DNA from: Ruminococcus flavefaciens
GTDB lineage: Bacteria; Bacillota; Clostridia; Oscillospirales; Ruminococcaceae
Reading direction: 5' to 3'
Length of the DNA stretch: 64,000 bases
NCBI GenBank assembly: GCA_023667045.1
Contig: JAMPAU010000001.1
Coordinates: 1,164,594 to 1,228,593, forward strand
How positions within the stretch are numbered: the stretch's first letter is position 1; each line of letters begins with the position of its first letter. The notes under the pieces are model-generated. The model had not been told where the DNA came from. It was given only the letters and a program-made list of their open reading frames with translations, and did no database searches. A program made the translations under genes and the position numbers. Shown here piece by piece: positions 48,498 to 59,789 of this stretch.

Positions 48498-49583
48498 TTA
48501 AAGATTCGTGTAGAAAATTCCTGTTGCAAGCTGTACGCCCACAGAAACAAGCGTTATCATCACCCAGCACGAAAGCCCTAAAATTATAGGTTTTTTGCCG
48601 TTTTTAATCAGTTTGACTATGTTTGTGTTCAGACCTATAGCACACATTGCCATAGCTATGAAGAACTTAGCAAGCCACTTTGCAAATTTTACAAAACTTT
48701 CGTTATAGAAATCAGTGAAAGAGGTTTCCGGCATTATTCCGACAACTGTTGTTATCACAGAGGCAAGTATGAAGAATATTATGAAAAACGGAAAAATTTT
48801 CTTGATTGAGAATTTGCCCGACTGTACGCCGGATTTTTTGGCTTTGCGAGTGCGGTATACGGCAAGTGCAAGGGTTATCGGAATAATTGCAAGGGTACGT
48901 GTTAGCTTTACGGTTACGGCAGACGAGAGAATACCGTCAACGCCATAAATGCCCTCAGCGGTTGAGGCAGTAGAGGTTACGGAAGACGTATCGTTTACGG
49001 CAGTACCGGCGAAAATAGCGAATCCCTCCGAGCCGAGACCTATAGCGTGTCCAAACTGTGGGAAAATCAAAGCTGCAAGTACGTTAAACAGAAATATAAC
49101 TGAAATAGCCTGTGCAACATCCTCATCGTCAGCGTCGATTACCGGAGCAGTGGCGGCTATTGCAGAACCTCCGCATATCGACGAACCCACCCCGATAAGA
49201 CAAGCTGTTTTTTTGTTTATTTTCAGTACTTTCATAAGCACAAAAGCCGTTATCAGCGATACGGAAATAGTCGAAATTATTACCGGCAGACTTTTACCGC
49301 CTACCTTTAAAATTGTGCTTAGATTAAGCGAAAAGCCAAGTATTATTACCGCCCATTGCAGAATCTTCTTTGATGTGAATTTTATGCCGTCTTTGAGGTT
49401 TTGGTTTGCGGAAAGTTCCGGCATTGCAAGGCTGATAATCATTCCTATGAGTATCGCAAAAACAGGAGCTCCTATTATTTCAAGCGAAAAAGAACCCATA
49501 TTTATAGTAGCAAGGAATGAGGAAAGTCCGGCTATTGCAATGCAGAGAACTATTCCCAGTGAATTTTTTTTAATCCAGTTCAT
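48498..49583 (-). CDS. YeiH/UPF0324 family membrane protein
   Basis: GSSICGGSAIAA, GTAVNDTSSV, VKLTR; multiple TM segments. Confidence 0.88.
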   Translation of the reverse strand: MNWIKKNSLGIVLCIAIAGLSSFLATINMGSFSLEIIGAPVFAILIGMIISLAMPELSANQNLKDGIKFTSKKILQWAVIILGFSLNLSTILKVGGKSLPVIISTISVSLITAFVLMKVLKINKKTACLIGVGSSICGGSAIAATAPVIDADDEDVAQAISVIFLFNVLAALIFPQFGHAIGLGSEGFAIFAGTAVNDTSSVTSTASTAEGIYGVDGILSSAVTVKLTRTLAIIPITLALAVYRTRKAKKSGVQSGKFSIKKIFPFFIIFFILASVITTVVGIMPETSFTDFYNESFVKFAKWLAKFFIAMAMCAIGLNTNIVKLIKNGKKPIILGLSCWVMITLVSVGVQLATGIFYTNL

Positions 49584-49603
49584 AAAATTTTCCTTGTCTT
49601 ATA

Positions 49604-49903
49604 TTAATATTCGTAATCTATGCAGGCACGGTCTGTTTTTATAGTGCCGATGAACTTACCGAAAGCGACGTGAGCAGGGTGTACTTGATAGGCGTTGAGG
49701 TCTTCAATAGTTTCAAAGTCGCAGAGGAGCGAGATTGTATAGTTGGACTGGTCTGCTTCCTTTGAGTTGATGACAATTTCACCCTTTTTGAGTTCCTTGA
49801 CGTTTGCGATAACGTCGTTGAAACGCTCCTTAGCTTCTAAAGCGTTTTCATAAACTGACTTGTCAGTTTCCTTTAATTTGAACATTACAATATGTTTAAT
49901 CAT
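49604..49903 (-). CDS. Dabb (stress-responsive A/B barrel) protein
   Basis: IKHIVMFKLK...Y..HPAH...DY. Confidence 0.85.
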   Translation of the reverse strand: MIKHIVMFKLKETDKSVYENALEAKERFNDVIANVKELKKGEIVINSKEADQSNYTISLLCDFETIEDLNAYQVHPAHVAFGKFIGTIKTDRACIDYEY

Positions 49904-49925
49904 GATAAATTTCTCCTTTTTTATT

Positions 49926-50228
49926 TTAGTTTTCTGCCTTTCTGACATCTACTTTTTTAACATCAGCTTTTTTTATCTCCATAAAGACAATGCCCAGTGA
50001 ATACGGGTTTTCGTTGGTAAAGCTGGATTCAAGGGTATGAATGACTGAGGCAGTTGATTCATTGCTGAATCTGTAATCGCCGAATATATCAAAGTTTAAT
50101 TTCAGTGGATTTTCTACTTCTGTCCATACCAATTCGCCGTACATACAGCTCATTTTTTCTATTTTTGTTATTCCGGTAAAACTCTGTACAATTCCGTTGG
50201 AAAAACCTACAGTAATGTTATATGCCAT
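49926..50228 (-). CDS. Hypothetical protein
   Basis: 100-aa ORF with GAGGTG RBS in a co-oriented gene string. Confidence 0.6.
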   Translation of the reverse strand: MAYNITVGFSNGIVQSFTGITKIEKMSCMYGELVWTEVENPLKLNFDIFGDYRFSNESTASVIHTLESSFTNENPYSLGIVFMEIKKADVKKVDVRKAEN

Positions 50229-50237
50229 ATTATCACC

Positions 50238-50765
50238 TCACTTTAAAGTCATTCTGTATTTTTTGCATTTGAAAGTATGGCTGTTGTCAAGTTTTGAGTA
50301 TTGAGAATATCCCTCAAAGACAAGACCGCACTTTTCAATTACTCTGCCGGAAGACGTGTTTTCTATGGCGTGTTCAGCGACAAACTCACGGGCGTTATTT
50401 TCGGAATAAGCATATTCTATCATGCGTTTTGCGGATTCTGTCGCATAGCCCATGCCCCAGCAGTCAGACCGCAGATTATAGCCGAAACTCCACACATTTT
50501 CGTCCTTCCTTAATCTGATACCGCCCGAACCGATAAGCTTGTTGTCTGATTTCCGGACAAATCCCCATGTGTATTCATTTTCAAGGCTTGCAAGGGAATA
50601 GAGCCATTCCCTTGTAACCTCGATATTTTCATGACATGGATAAATCATATATTCCGCAACACGACTGTCTCCAGTCCACTCAAATACGGCTTTGGCATCG
50701 TTCATGGTTAGCGGTCTTAAAATCAAGCGTTCAGTCTCGATAACCGGAGTTATAAATATACTCAT
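50238..50765 (-). CDS. GNAT N-acetyltransferase (RimJ/RimL type)
   Basis: IETERLILR, WGMGYATE, N.SSGRVIEKCG. Confidence 0.88.
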   Translation of the reverse strand: MSIFITPVIETERLILRPLTMNDAKAVFEWTGDSRVAEYMIYPCHENIEVTREWLYSLASLENEYTWGFVRKSDNKLIGSGGIRLRKDENVWSFGYNLRSDCWGMGYATESAKRMIEYAYSENNAREFVAEHAIENTSSGRVIEKCGLVFEGYSQYSKLDNSHTFKCKKYRMTLK

Positions 50766-50769
50766 AGTA

Positions 50770-51123
50770 TCACCTGTTTACGATATTATAGCTTTCGTCA
50801 ATGATATTGCATAATATCTGAAAGTCAATATTATCATCAAGGATAATAGAAATCCATAGTTTTTTGTTCATGTGGTATGCCGGAAAGGCTTTACCTTCAG
50901 CAAGCAGACACTCTCTTGTGAGAGGTTCGCACTTGATATTTATTATATCTGTGAATCCTTCTGCACCGGAAATCAGCACAGATTTCTTAACCCTCATCAC
51001 TAAAGCATACCACTTTTTGTTTTTTGAGTTTCTGAGAATAAATGCGTCGGGGGTTTTCAGCCACAGATATTCAGGGTCTGTGGCGTACTTTTCCCTTGCG
51101 TATGATATTATCTTATCACGCAT
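50770..51123 (-). CDS. MmcQ/YjbR family protein
   Basis: KWYAL, NIKCEP, PAYHMNKKLWISI. Confidence 0.85.
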   Translation of the reverse strand: MRDKIISYAREKYATDPEYLWLKTPDAFILRNSKNKKWYALVMRVKKSVLISGAEGFTDIINIKCEPLTRECLLAEGKAFPAYHMNKKLWISIILDDNIDFQILCNIIDESYNIVNR

Positions 51124-53744
51124 TATTTCTTGAAAGTCTCTATAGACTGATTGATTTTTGCCATTTTTTCCTCTGCCTTTGCGAGTTTAGCCTTTTCAGC
51201 CTCAATGAGTTTTTCGGGGGCTTTTGCGATAAATCCTTGATTATTGAGTTTTCCGCTGAGGAAGTCAATATCTTTCTGTACTTTAGCCTTTTCCTTTTCG
51301 AGACGTGCTATTTCCTTTTCCTTGTCAACGAGTTCGTCCATAGGAATGAAAATTCTTGCTGAATCCGTAACGGCATTAGCTGAATCGGGAATATCGAACT
51401 TTTCGCCTGTCTCAACGGAAGAAGCAGAAGCGAGTTTTTCAAAGAACAAAGCACACGATTTAAATAACTCCGGTTCTGCTGTCTCAATGAAAAGTTTAGC
51501 CTTTACTGACGGCGGAACATTCATCTCACTGCGTGTGTTTCTTACTGCTTTAATAGCGGAAATCACCTTTTCAAAGGATTTTTCTTCTGCTGAATAGTCA
51601 ATAGTTTCATCGTAAACCGGATAGCTTTCAAGGATAATCATTGACTTTTCATTAGTGAGAACCTGCCATATTTCTTCAGTAATGAAAGGCATGAAAGGGT
51701 GGAGCAGTTTAAGCATACCCTGCATAGCCCATACAAGTACGGACTGTGCCTTTGCCATAGTCTCACCGCCAGCCTGAATGCGTGGTTTAGTGAGTTCGAT
51801 GTACCAGTCACAGAAAACGTCCCATATAAAGTCATAGAGTTTCTGAGAGGCAACACCTAACTCGAACTTGTCGAGGTTTTCATTTACTTCCTTTGCAAGA
51901 TTGTTGAATTTATTTACAAGCCACTTGTCTTCAAGTTCGAGGTCTTTGGGCAGTCCTGTAAACTCAAAGTCTTCCGGAAGATTCATCATTATAAAGCGTG
52001 AGGCGTTCCAGAGTTTGTTAGCAAAGTTACGTGCGGATTTAACCTTTTCGTCGATATAACGCATATCGTTTCCGGGAGAGTTGCCGGTAGCAAGCATAAA
52101 GCGGAGAGCGTCAGCACCGTATTCGTTGATTACTTCGAGGGGGTCAATGCCGTTGCCGAGAGATTTGGACATCTTGCGACCCTGTGAATCACGTACAAGT
52201 CCATGAATCAGAACAGTATCGAAAGGCACTTTGCCCATATTTTCAAGTCCGCTGAACATCATTCTTATTACCCAGAAGAAAATGATGTCATAGCCTGTTA
52301 CGAGAGTATTTGTCGGATAGAAGTAGTCTAAATCCTCTGTCTTTTCGGGGAAGCCGAGAGTTGAAAAGGGCCACAGTGCAGAGCTGAACCATGTGTCGAG
52401 AGTGTCGGGGTCTTGTCTCATGGGCTTGTTGCACTTAGGACAGTTGCATGAATCCTCTTTGGTTACTACCATTTCACCGCATTCGTCACAGTAGAAAGCC
52501 GGTATCTGATGTCCCCACCAAATCTGACGGGATATGCACCAGTCACGGATATTTTCAAGCCAGTGGAAATATATTTTATCGAATCTTTCCGGCACGAACT
52601 TTGTAGCACCGTTCTTTACAGCGTCGATAGCCGGCTGTGCAAGGGGTTTCATTTTTACAAACCATTGTGTTGAGACTTTCGGCTCTACAGTAGTACCGCA
52701 ACGGTAGCAAGTGCCGACATTATGACTGTAGTCTTCAATCTCAACCAATGCACCCTCTTTTTCGAGGTCTGCAACGATAGCTTTTCTTGCTTCGTATCTG
52801 TCCATGCCAGCGTATGCCGGATAGTCATCGGTAATGGTCGCATCGTCGTTCATTACATTGATGACAGGGAGATTATGTCTCAGACCTACTTCAAAGTCGT
52901 TGGGGTCGTGTGCCGGAGTGATTTTAACAACGCCTGTACCGAAATCCATTTCAACGTAATCGTCTGCCACTATAGGTATTTCCCTGTGGACGATAGGCAG
53001 AATTACAGTCTTGCCTACTAAATCCTTATAGCGTTCGTCGTTGGGGTTTACGGCAACCGCTGTATCTCCTAAAAGAGTTTCCGGACGTGTTGTAGCTAAT
53101 TCAAGATACTGGTCTGTGTCTTTTATTTGATAGCGGATATGCCAGAAATTCCCTGCCTGCTCCTCAAATGTAACCTCAGCGTCTGAAAGTGATGTCTTGC
53201 ATTTCGGACACCAGTTGATAATCCTCTCGCCACGATATATGAGACCTTTGTTATAATACTTGACGAACACTTCCTTTACAGCTTTAGAACAGCCCTCGTC
53301 CATAGTGAAACGCTCTCTTGACCAGTCGCATGAAGAACCGAGTTTTTTTAACTGTTCAACGATACGTCCGCCGTATTGTTTTTTCCATTCCCATGCACGC
53401 TCCATGAAGCCGTCACGTCCGAGGTCTTCCTTTGTAACGCCCTCTTTGCGCATAGCCTCAACGATTTTTGCCTCAGTAGCGATAGCAGCGTGGTCTGTAC
53501 CGGGTAGCCACAATGCAGAATAACCGCACATTCTTTTCCAGCGTATGAGAATATCCTGTAAAGTCTCGTCGAGAGCGTGACCCATGTGTAGCTGTCCGGT
53601 AATGTTCGGCGGAGGGATTACTATAGTATAGGGTGTTTTTTTCGGGTCGGCTTCTGCACGGAAACAGCCCTTGTCGTTCCATGCCTTGTAGATTCTGTCC
53701 TCAAAATCCTTAGGACTGTAGGCTTTTGCAAGTTCTTTTGCCAT
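51123..53744 (-). CDS. valS: Valine--tRNA ligase
   Basis: [35 protein letters not shown]-terminal coiled coil. Confidence 0.98.
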   Translation of the reverse strand: MAKELAKAYSPKDFEDRIYKAWNDKGCFRAEADPKKTPYTIVIPPPNITGQLHMGHALDETLQDILIRWKRMCGYSALWLPGTDHAAIATEAKIVEAMRKEGVTKEDLGRDGFMERAWEWKKQYGGRIVEQLKKLGSSCDWSRERFTMDEGCSKAVKEVFVKYYNKGLIYRGERIINWCPKCKTSLSDAEVTFEEQAGNFWHIRYQIKDTDQYLELATTRPETLLGDTAVAVNPNDERYKDLVGKTVILPIVHREIPIVADDYVEMDFGTGVVKITPAHDPNDFEVGLRHNLPVINVMNDDATITDDYPAYAGMDRYEARKAIVADLEKEGALVEIEDYSHNVGTCYRCGTTVEPKVSTQWFVKMKPLAQPAIDAVKNGATKFVPERFDKIYFHWLENIRDWCISRQIWWGHQIPAFYCDECGEMVVTKEDSCNCPKCNKPMRQDPDTLDTWFSSALWPFSTLGFPEKTEDLDYFYPTNTLVTGYDIIFFWVIRMMFSGLENMGKVPFDTVLIHGLVRDSQGRKMSKSLGNGIDPLEVINEYGADALRFMLATGNSPGNDMRYIDEKVKSARNFANKLWNASRFIMMNLPEDFEFTGLPKDLELEDKWLVNKFNNLAKEVNENLDKFELGVASQKLYDFIWDVFCDWYIELTKPRIQAGGETMAKAQSVLVWAMQGMLKLLHPFMPFITEEIWQVLTNEKSMIILESYPVYDETIDYSAEEKSFEKVISAIKAVRNTRSEMNVPPSVKAKLFIETAEPELFKSCALFFEKLASASSVETGEKFDIPDSANAVTDSARIFIPMDELVDKEKEIARLEKEKAKVQKDIDFLSGKLNNQGFIAKAPEKLIEAEKAKLAKAEEKMAKINQSIETFKK

Positions 53745-53779
53745 TGGTTAAACTCCTTTTTTATAAATTTTCTTGTAAC

Positions 53780-54040
53780 AACAGAAAAGCCCCGAACCTT
53801 TTACGGCTCAGGGCGAATAATAACTATCCGTGTTACCACCTGCATTCAAGGGGGGAAAAATCCTCTTGCACTCTGTTCCCTGTAACGTGGGAAAAATCCG
53901 TCGGCACTTACTGAATAAAAAATCCGTTCACTGCCGAAGCTCAGGAACTACTTCAGAACAGCACTTCATACCGCCTTGCACCGTCCGGCGACTCTCTGCA
54001 AATCCGCAACCGCTCCTACTTCTTTCCGTCACAGCTTTTA
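53780..54040 (-). ncRNA. T-box riboswitch (Val, GUA specifier)
   Basis: AGGTGGTAACACG at 53829-53841 (minus), terminator ~53787-53815, GTA at 53949-53951. Confidence 0.9.
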
Positions 54041-54100
54041 AAATATAAGTAAATAATATCATATTCGTTTTGTTTTGTCAACAGTTTTGAGGGAAATTTT

Positions 54101-54538
54101 TTATATGTTTGTGTTTTCACTGTCGCACCAACCGCAAAGGTCGCACATTAAAAAAGTTCTTTTTATGCCATGTATTTCAGCAGGATAAAGACTAAGTTCA
54201 TTGGATTTGCAGTTGGGACAGTCTGTGCCGGATTTAATAGTTATCATTTCACGCATAATATCGCTGATAATCATTAAAACAATCCATCGGTTGTTATTCA
54301 TGTGCATTTTTTTAAGACGGTCGTATTCTTTTTCAAGGCATATATCGGGATTTTCTATGACATATTCATTAATGTCAAGATTAAGCAGAAAATTCAAATC
54401 ATTGCTTTTAATCATTTCGTCCGTAAAGAGCTTTATGCGTTTTTCAGTCCACTGTACTATTGCGTAGTAATAAGTCTTGTAATCTGTCAGATTGTTTTTG
54501 TCAGATACCATTTCAAGAAAGCTGTCCCATAGTTTCAT
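54101..54538 (-). CDS. Hypothetical protein with C-terminal Zn ribbon
   Basis: CPNC...CDLC; low GC. Confidence 0.6.
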   Translation of the reverse strand: MKLWDSFLEMVSDKNNLTDYKTYYYAIVQWTEKRIKLFTDEMIKSNDLNFLLNLDINEYVIENPDICLEKEYDRLKKMHMNNNRWIVLMIISDIMREMITIKSGTDCPNCKSNELSLYPAEIHGIKRTFLMCDLCGWCDSENTNI

Positions 54539-55352
54539 GTACTGAATTTCCTTTCTTTTTTATCATGGCAAATGCAATAATGCTTACTATAATATATCCG
54601 GCTATGGAAATTATGGAAGATTCAATGCCGAAATCACCGCCTGTTATAATCCTGTTATCTGAATCAAGCACAAAACTGAAAACTGATAAATCATCAGTTT
54701 TAGTGCCTATGTGCATAATTCCTATTGTTGACATATTCCACACGGCATGGACAAGAGCATTGTTCCAGAAATTATTTTCGTTCAGCATGATAAGCGAAAA
54801 CATTATACCTACAGCAGTTCCGGCGATAATAAGCTGTACGGCACTTATAATATCAAGTTTTCCGTTTGCGAGGTGTGCCACTCCGAAAAGCACTGACGGC
54901 ACAATGACAGCGGATTTTATGTTATAATTCTTCCGGATTATTCCCATTATCAGTCCACGGAATACCATTTCCTCGACTATTCCTCCGGCTATGCTGTAAA
55001 GGCATATACCAGTTACGGCGGTATTGAGTTTATTGGATTCAAGGGTATGCCATTCTCCGCCGGTAAGGATTAGTGCAGTATCAACAACAAGCGGAAGTCC
55101 CACAGCTAAAATTATCCATACGGGATTCATCCTGAATTTTTTTATTCCCATTTCTGATAGTTCTGTTTTTAGTAATTTTTTACAGAATAATTTAATTCCT
55201 AAGTACGCAAGCACCGGATAAAGTACTGAGGCTATTATTCCGCCGATAAGTTCCGGCATAAGTTCGCCTATGCCCACGCCTATAAGCTGTGCAATTACAA
55301 GAATGACCATTCCGGCGAGGCATACGGCAATGGTTTTAAAAAATTTATTCAT
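54513..55352 (-). CDS. CPBP/CAAX-family (Abi) intramembrane metalloprotease
   Basis: EEMVFRG, FGVAH, HAVWN; many TM segments. Confidence 0.88.
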   Translation of the reverse strand: MNKFFKTIAVCLAGMVILVIAQLIGVGIGELMPELIGGIIASVLYPVLAYLGIKLFCKKLLKTELSEMGIKKFRMNPVWIILAVGLPLVVDTALILTGGEWHTLESNKLNTAVTGICLYSIAGGIVEEMVFRGLIMGIIRKNYNIKSAVIVPSVLFGVAHLANGKLDIISAVQLIIAGTAVGIMFSLIMLNENNFWNNALVHAVWNMSTIGIMHIGTKTDDLSVFSFVLDSDNRIITGGDFGIESSIISIAGYIIVSIIAFAMIKKKGNSVHETMGQLS

Positions 55353-55465
55353 TATGTTCCTCTTTTCATTAAGTTTTTTTACTGTTGGAATTATTATATT
55401 GTATTTTCACGGTAAAGTCAACAAAATACTTGAATTTTTTATATCAATGTTTTGAAAAAACATCG

Positions 55466-55494
55466 TTGACATGGTGGTAAATTTGTGATAGAAT
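55466..55494 (+). promoter_or_regulatory. Sigma70 promoter upstream of pcrA
   Basis: TTGACA 55466-55471, 17 bp, TAGAAT 55489-55494. Confidence 0.65.
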
Positions 55495-55641
55495 AGATAA
55501 TGGCATAAATTCGAGAGCAGGGTCTTGACAGCTATGATATAATATTTATTTGGGGAATACCGTACATAAAACAAAACAGCAGGCTTTTTCTGCACAGTCA
55601 GACTTTTCCCATACCACTAAAAAAATTGTAGGAGACTTTTT

Positions 55642-58014
55642 ATGAATAATAATTCTTTTTACAAGCAAAAAAAATCTGCGATGAAAAAATACTTCAGCCG
55701 TATGAATCCAAATCAGCAGGAAGCCGTGTTTACTGTAAAAGGTCCGGTGCTTGTCCTTGCCGGAGCAGGAAGCGGTAAGACTACTGTTATTGTGAACCGT
55801 ATCGCAAATATGATTAAATTCGGAAACGCCTATGCCGACGAAACAGGCGACGCACGCCCGAATGATATTGAATTTCTTAAGGACTATGCAGACGGCGAAT
55901 ACGATGACGACCCCGACGCTGTACTTGACGTACAGGACATAATAGCCGTCGATACTGTAAAGCCATGGAATATATTAGCAATTACCTTTACTAATAAGGC
56001 TGCTAACGAACTCCGTGAAAGGCTATGTGCCATGCTCGGCGACGACGGTCACAAGATAAACGCCTCTACTTTCCATTCGGCTTGCGTTAGGATTCTCAGA
56101 ACAGAAATAGAAACACTCGGCTACGGCAGGGATTTCACCATATACGATTCCGACGACAGCAAGAGACTGCTGACCACTATTATCCGTGATGAAATGGATA
56201 TTTCCGAAAAGGTCTTTGCGGTCAGCTCCGTGCAGAGCGAAATAAGCTCGGCAAAAAACAGAATGATTTCACCGGAGCGTATGCACGTAACTGCCGGACA
56301 GGATTACAGAAAAAAAATAATCTCACGTGTGTACAGCACATATCAAGAACGGCTTAAACAGGCAAATGCCCTTGACTTTGATGATATTCTTGTGCTTACT
56401 GTTGAGATTTTTGAAAAATATCCGGAGATTCTTAAAAAATATCAGGAGCGTTTCAAGTATATAATGGTTGACGAATATCAGGATACTAACCATGTACAGT
56501 TTAGACTTGTTTCACTGCTTGCCGGAGAAGAACAGAATATATGCGTTGTGGGCGACGACGACCAGAGTATATATAGTTTTCGTGGTGCTGATATAAGCAA
56601 TATACTTGACTTTGAAAAGCATTTCAGCGGTGCTAAGGTTATACGTCTTGAACAGAATTACCGTTCCACACAGACTATACTTGATGCAGCCAATTCCGTG
56701 ATAAGCCACAACAACGGCAGAAAAGTCAAGACCTTATGGACAGACGGCATTAAAGGCTCTAAAGTCTACTGGTACAAGTCTTTTGACGAAAACGACGAGG
56801 CAAGGTTTATTGCACGTACTGTCAAGGAAAAATATGAAAAAACAGGTAAGTATTCTGATAATGCAGTGCTTTACAGAATGAATGCACAGTCCAACTCAAT
56901 TGAAAAAGCATTTGTGAGTGCCAACATTCCTTATAGAGTATACGGCGGTATGCGTTTCTATGACCGCAAGGAAATAAGAGACATCATAGCATATATGGCT
57001 TTTATAAATAACCCGTATGATATGTTGCGTTTCAAGAGAATAATAAACGAGCCTAAGAGAAGCATAGGCGACGCTACTATTGCACTCATAGAGGATATAA
57101 GCCGTGACCTTAATATTTCGCCTTTCGGGGTAATGAAAAACTGTGAAGAATACACTCCGCTTGCCAAGAAAACTGCTGTGCTTAAAAGCGTTGCCGGAAT
57201 GTTTGAGACCCTTATAGAAAAGTCCTATACACTACCGCTTGACGAGTTTTATGACTTCATGCTTGAAAAGACAGGCTACCTTGAATACGTTCAGACTTTG
57301 GAAAATGCCGATACAAAAATTGAATACATACAGGAAATGCGGTCGTCGGTGGTGCAGTATATGCATACAGCTCCTTGTCCTACTCTAAGCGGATTCCTTG
57401 AGGATATTGTACTTTACACAGAGGCAGACCGTGACGACAATTCAGAAGATAAGGTTACACTTATGACTGTCCATTCAGCTAAAGGTCTTGAATATGAAAA
57501 CGTCTTTGTTATAGGCATGGAAGAAGGCATTTTTCCAAGTTCACGCTCTTTCGACAATGGCGAGGATTTGGAAGAAGAACGCCGTCTCGCATACGTCGCT
57601 ATAACACGTGCAAAGAATAATCTTTATCTTACAAGTGCCTCACAGAGAATGCTTTTCGGTCAGACCCACAGAAATATTACATCACGTTTTATGCGTGAAA
57701 TCGGCAGTGAACTTATTGAAAAGCACGACAACGCCGTTGTTATGCGTAATAAGACGGAAGCAAACGATAATCCGGTGACAGCCGTCTATTCCTCAACGCT
57801 ACAGCAACAGCTTGCAAGAAACAAAATGCATTCAGTTTCTTCAACCTCAAACGCCACATACTCGGCAGGTGAAAGAGTACAGCATAATGTTTTCGGAGCA
57901 GGCACGGTTATTTCCTCAACGCCTATGGGTAACGACGCAATGCTTGAAATAGCCTTTGACAGCGTGGGAACTAAAAGAATTATGGCTAATCTTGCCAGAC
58001 TTAAAAAGATTTGA
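55642..58014 (+). CDS. pcrA: ATP-dependent DNA helicase PcrA/UvrD
   Basis: AGAGSGKT, ITFTNKAA, VDEYQDTN, VGDDDQSIY.FRGA, MTVHSAKGLE, EERRLAYVAITRAK. Confidence 0.95.
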   Translation: MNNNSFYKQKKSAMKKYFSRMNPNQQEAVFTVKGPVLVLAGAGSGKTTVIVNRIANMIKFGNAYADETGDARPNDIEFLKDYADGEYDDDPDAVLDVQDIIAVDTVKPWNILAITFTNKAANELRERLCAMLGDDGHKINASTFHSACVRILRTEIETLGYGRDFTIYDSDDSKRLLTTIIRDEMDISEKVFAVSSVQSEISSAKNRMISPERMHVTAGQDYRKKIISRVYSTYQERLKQANALDFDDILVLTVEIFEKYPEILKKYQERFKYIMVDEYQDTNHVQFRLVSLLAGEEQNICVVGDDDQSIYSFRGADISNILDFEKHFSGAKVIRLEQNYRSTQTILDAANSVISHNNGRKVKTLWTDGIKGSKVYWYKSFDENDEARFIARTVKEKYEKTGKYSDNAVLYRMNAQSNSIEKAFVSANIPYRVYGGMRFYDRKEIRDIIAYMAFINNPYDMLRFKRIINEPKRSIGDATIALIEDISRDLNISPFGVMKNCEEYTPLAKKTAVLKSVAGMFETLIEKSYTLPLDEFYDFMLEKTGYLEYVQTLENADTKIEYIQEMRSSVVQYMHTAPCPTLSGFLEDIVLYTEADRDDNSEDKVTLMTVHSAKGLEYENVFVIGMEEGIFPSSRSFDNGEDLEEERRLAYVAITRAKNNLYLTSASQRMLFGQTHRNITSRFMREIGSELIEKHDNAVVMRNKTEANDNPVTAVYSSTLQQQLARNKMHSVSSTSNATYSAGERVQHNVFGAGTVISSTPMGNDAMLEIAFDSVGTKRIMANLARLKKI

Positions 58015-58037
58015 TAATAAAGTAAGGAGAAAATTTT

Positions 58038-59462
58038 ATGAGAAAAACCAAAATTGTCTGTACAATCGGTCCGGCTACCGACGATAAAAATATCATGCGT
58101 GAGCTTATGCTTGCCGGCATGAACGTTGCACGTTTCAACTTCTCGCACGGTGAGTATGAAACACATGAAAAGCGTTTGCGTATGGTTGAAAAGCTCCGCA
58201 AGGAACTTGATTTACCGATTGCAACACTTCTTGATACAAAAGGTCCTGAAATACGTCTCGGAAAATTTGTAGACGACAAGCCCGTTGAAATCTATGACGG
58301 CGATATTTACACTCTTACTACTGAAGATATTCTTTGTGATAATCAGCGTGGAAGTATAAGTTTCAAGAAACTCCCCCGTGACGTAAGCATAGGTACACGC
58401 ATACTCATCAACGACGGTGTTATTGAACTCCTCGCCGAAAAGGTCACAAAAAGTGAAATAACCTGCCGTGTTATTCATGGTGGTACTCTCTCAAACAACA
58501 AGGGCATAAACGTACCGGGAGTAAAGCTCTCCATGCCTTACCTCAGCGAGAGCGACATGAATGACCTTGAATTTGGTGCAAAAATGGGATTCGACTTTAT
58601 AGCAGCAAGTTTTGTACGCACCGCCGCTGACATAAACTATTTAAGAAAGTTCACGCATAGTCTTGGCTGGTTTGACGTGCGTATAATCGCTAAAATCGAG
58701 AATGCAGAGGGCGTTGAAAACATAGATGAAATCCTTGAGGCTGCCGACGGCATAATGGTTGCACGTGGCGATATGGGCGTTGAGATACCTTTTGAACGCA
58801 TTCCGGCTATACAGAAAGAACTTATCCATAAGGGCTATAATGCCGGTAAACAGGTTATCACGGCTACACAGATGCTTGAATCCATGATAACTAATCCACG
58901 TCCTACACGTGCAGAGATTACAGACGTTGCCAATGCTATATATGACGGCACAAGTGCTATAATGCTTTCCGGCGAAACAGCCGCCGGTGCATATCCGGTT
59001 GAGGTAGTAAAGACTATGGCTTTAATCGCTGAAACTACTGAAAACAATATCGATTATAAGGGTGAGTTTTCGGCACGCCGTACAGAACCAAACAGCAATA
59101 TCGCTGAGGCTATCGCACACGCTGTAGTTACTACCGCCCACGACCTTAACGCACGTGCTATTATTACGGTATCGCTCGGCGGAGGTACAGCAAGGCTTAT
59201 CTCAAAGTACCGTCCACTGTGTCCGATTATATGCTGTACTACTGGTGAAGTAGCACAGAGACAGATGAATATGAGCTGGGGAGTTATTCCGCTTATAGTC
59301 GAGGAAAAGACAAGCACCGACGAACTATTTTCAACGGCTGTCGAGACGGCAGAAGCACACGGTCTTGTACAGGACGGCGATGTTGTAGCCATTACTGCCG
59401 GAGTACCTATAGGAGTTTCCGGCACTACCAACATGATGAGAATTGTAAAAATAGGCAAATAA
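58038..59462 (+). CDS. pyk: Pyruvate kinase
   Basis: KTKIVCTIGP, RFNFSHG, DTKGPEIR, AKIEN, MVARGDMG, ATQMLESM. Confidence 0.97.
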   Translation: MRKTKIVCTIGPATDDKNIMRELMLAGMNVARFNFSHGEYETHEKRLRMVEKLRKELDLPIATLLDTKGPEIRLGKFVDDKPVEIYDGDIYTLTTEDILCDNQRGSISFKKLPRDVSIGTRILINDGVIELLAEKVTKSEITCRVIHGGTLSNNKGINVPGVKLSMPYLSESDMNDLEFGAKMGFDFIAASFVRTAADINYLRKFTHSLGWFDVRIIAKIENAEGVENIDEILEAADGIMVARGDMGVEIPFERIPAIQKELIHKGYNAGKQVITATQMLESMITNPRPTRAEITDVANAIYDGTSAIMLSGETAAGAYPVEVVKTMALIAETTENNIDYKGEFSARRTEPNSNIAEAIAHAVVTTAHDLNARAIITVSLGGGTARLISKYRPLCPIICCTTGEVAQRQMNMSWGVIPLIVEEKTSTDELFSTAVETAEAHGLVQDGDVVAITAGVPIGVSGTTNMMRIVKIGK

Positions 59463-59468
59463 TATATA

Positions 59469-59500
59469 AAAAAGTCCCCTCTGCTGTGAGGGGATTTTTT
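59469..59500. terminator. Bidirectional terminator after pyk
   Basis: aaaaagtcccctc...gagggatttttt. Confidence 0.7.
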
Positions 59501-59789
59501 CAGTTATAATTGACAGTAATAGTCTGCCATAATTCGCCGTAGTACGAAAATCTTTTCTGAATGACTTTCTTTTCGGTCTGCTCTATGGCGAGACGGATTA
59601 TTTTTTCAAAGTTTTCGGCTTTTTTGTATGAGTATACCGTTACCGGAGACTGCCAGTTATTGTCCCATATTATGCGACACTGAAAGTCCCATGATAGAAT
59701 CATGCGTCAAGCCATGTTTCAGAGTATTTTACTTCTCCGGAAAATGTGAATCTTTCCCAGAATCCGTCACTGAGTTTATCGTATTTCAT
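59500..59789 (-). pseudogene. Probably frameshifted hypothetical gene (29-aa and 67-aa parts)
   Basis: ATG 59789 coupled to the upstream stop gives MKYDKLSDGFWERF...WLDA*; that stop overlaps the ATG of ORF 59500-59703 (ATGA). Confidence 0.4.

Noticed and set aside
55495-55641. Possible ncRNA in the long pcrA leader
   Set aside because: No recognisable riboswitch or strong conserved structure by eye.
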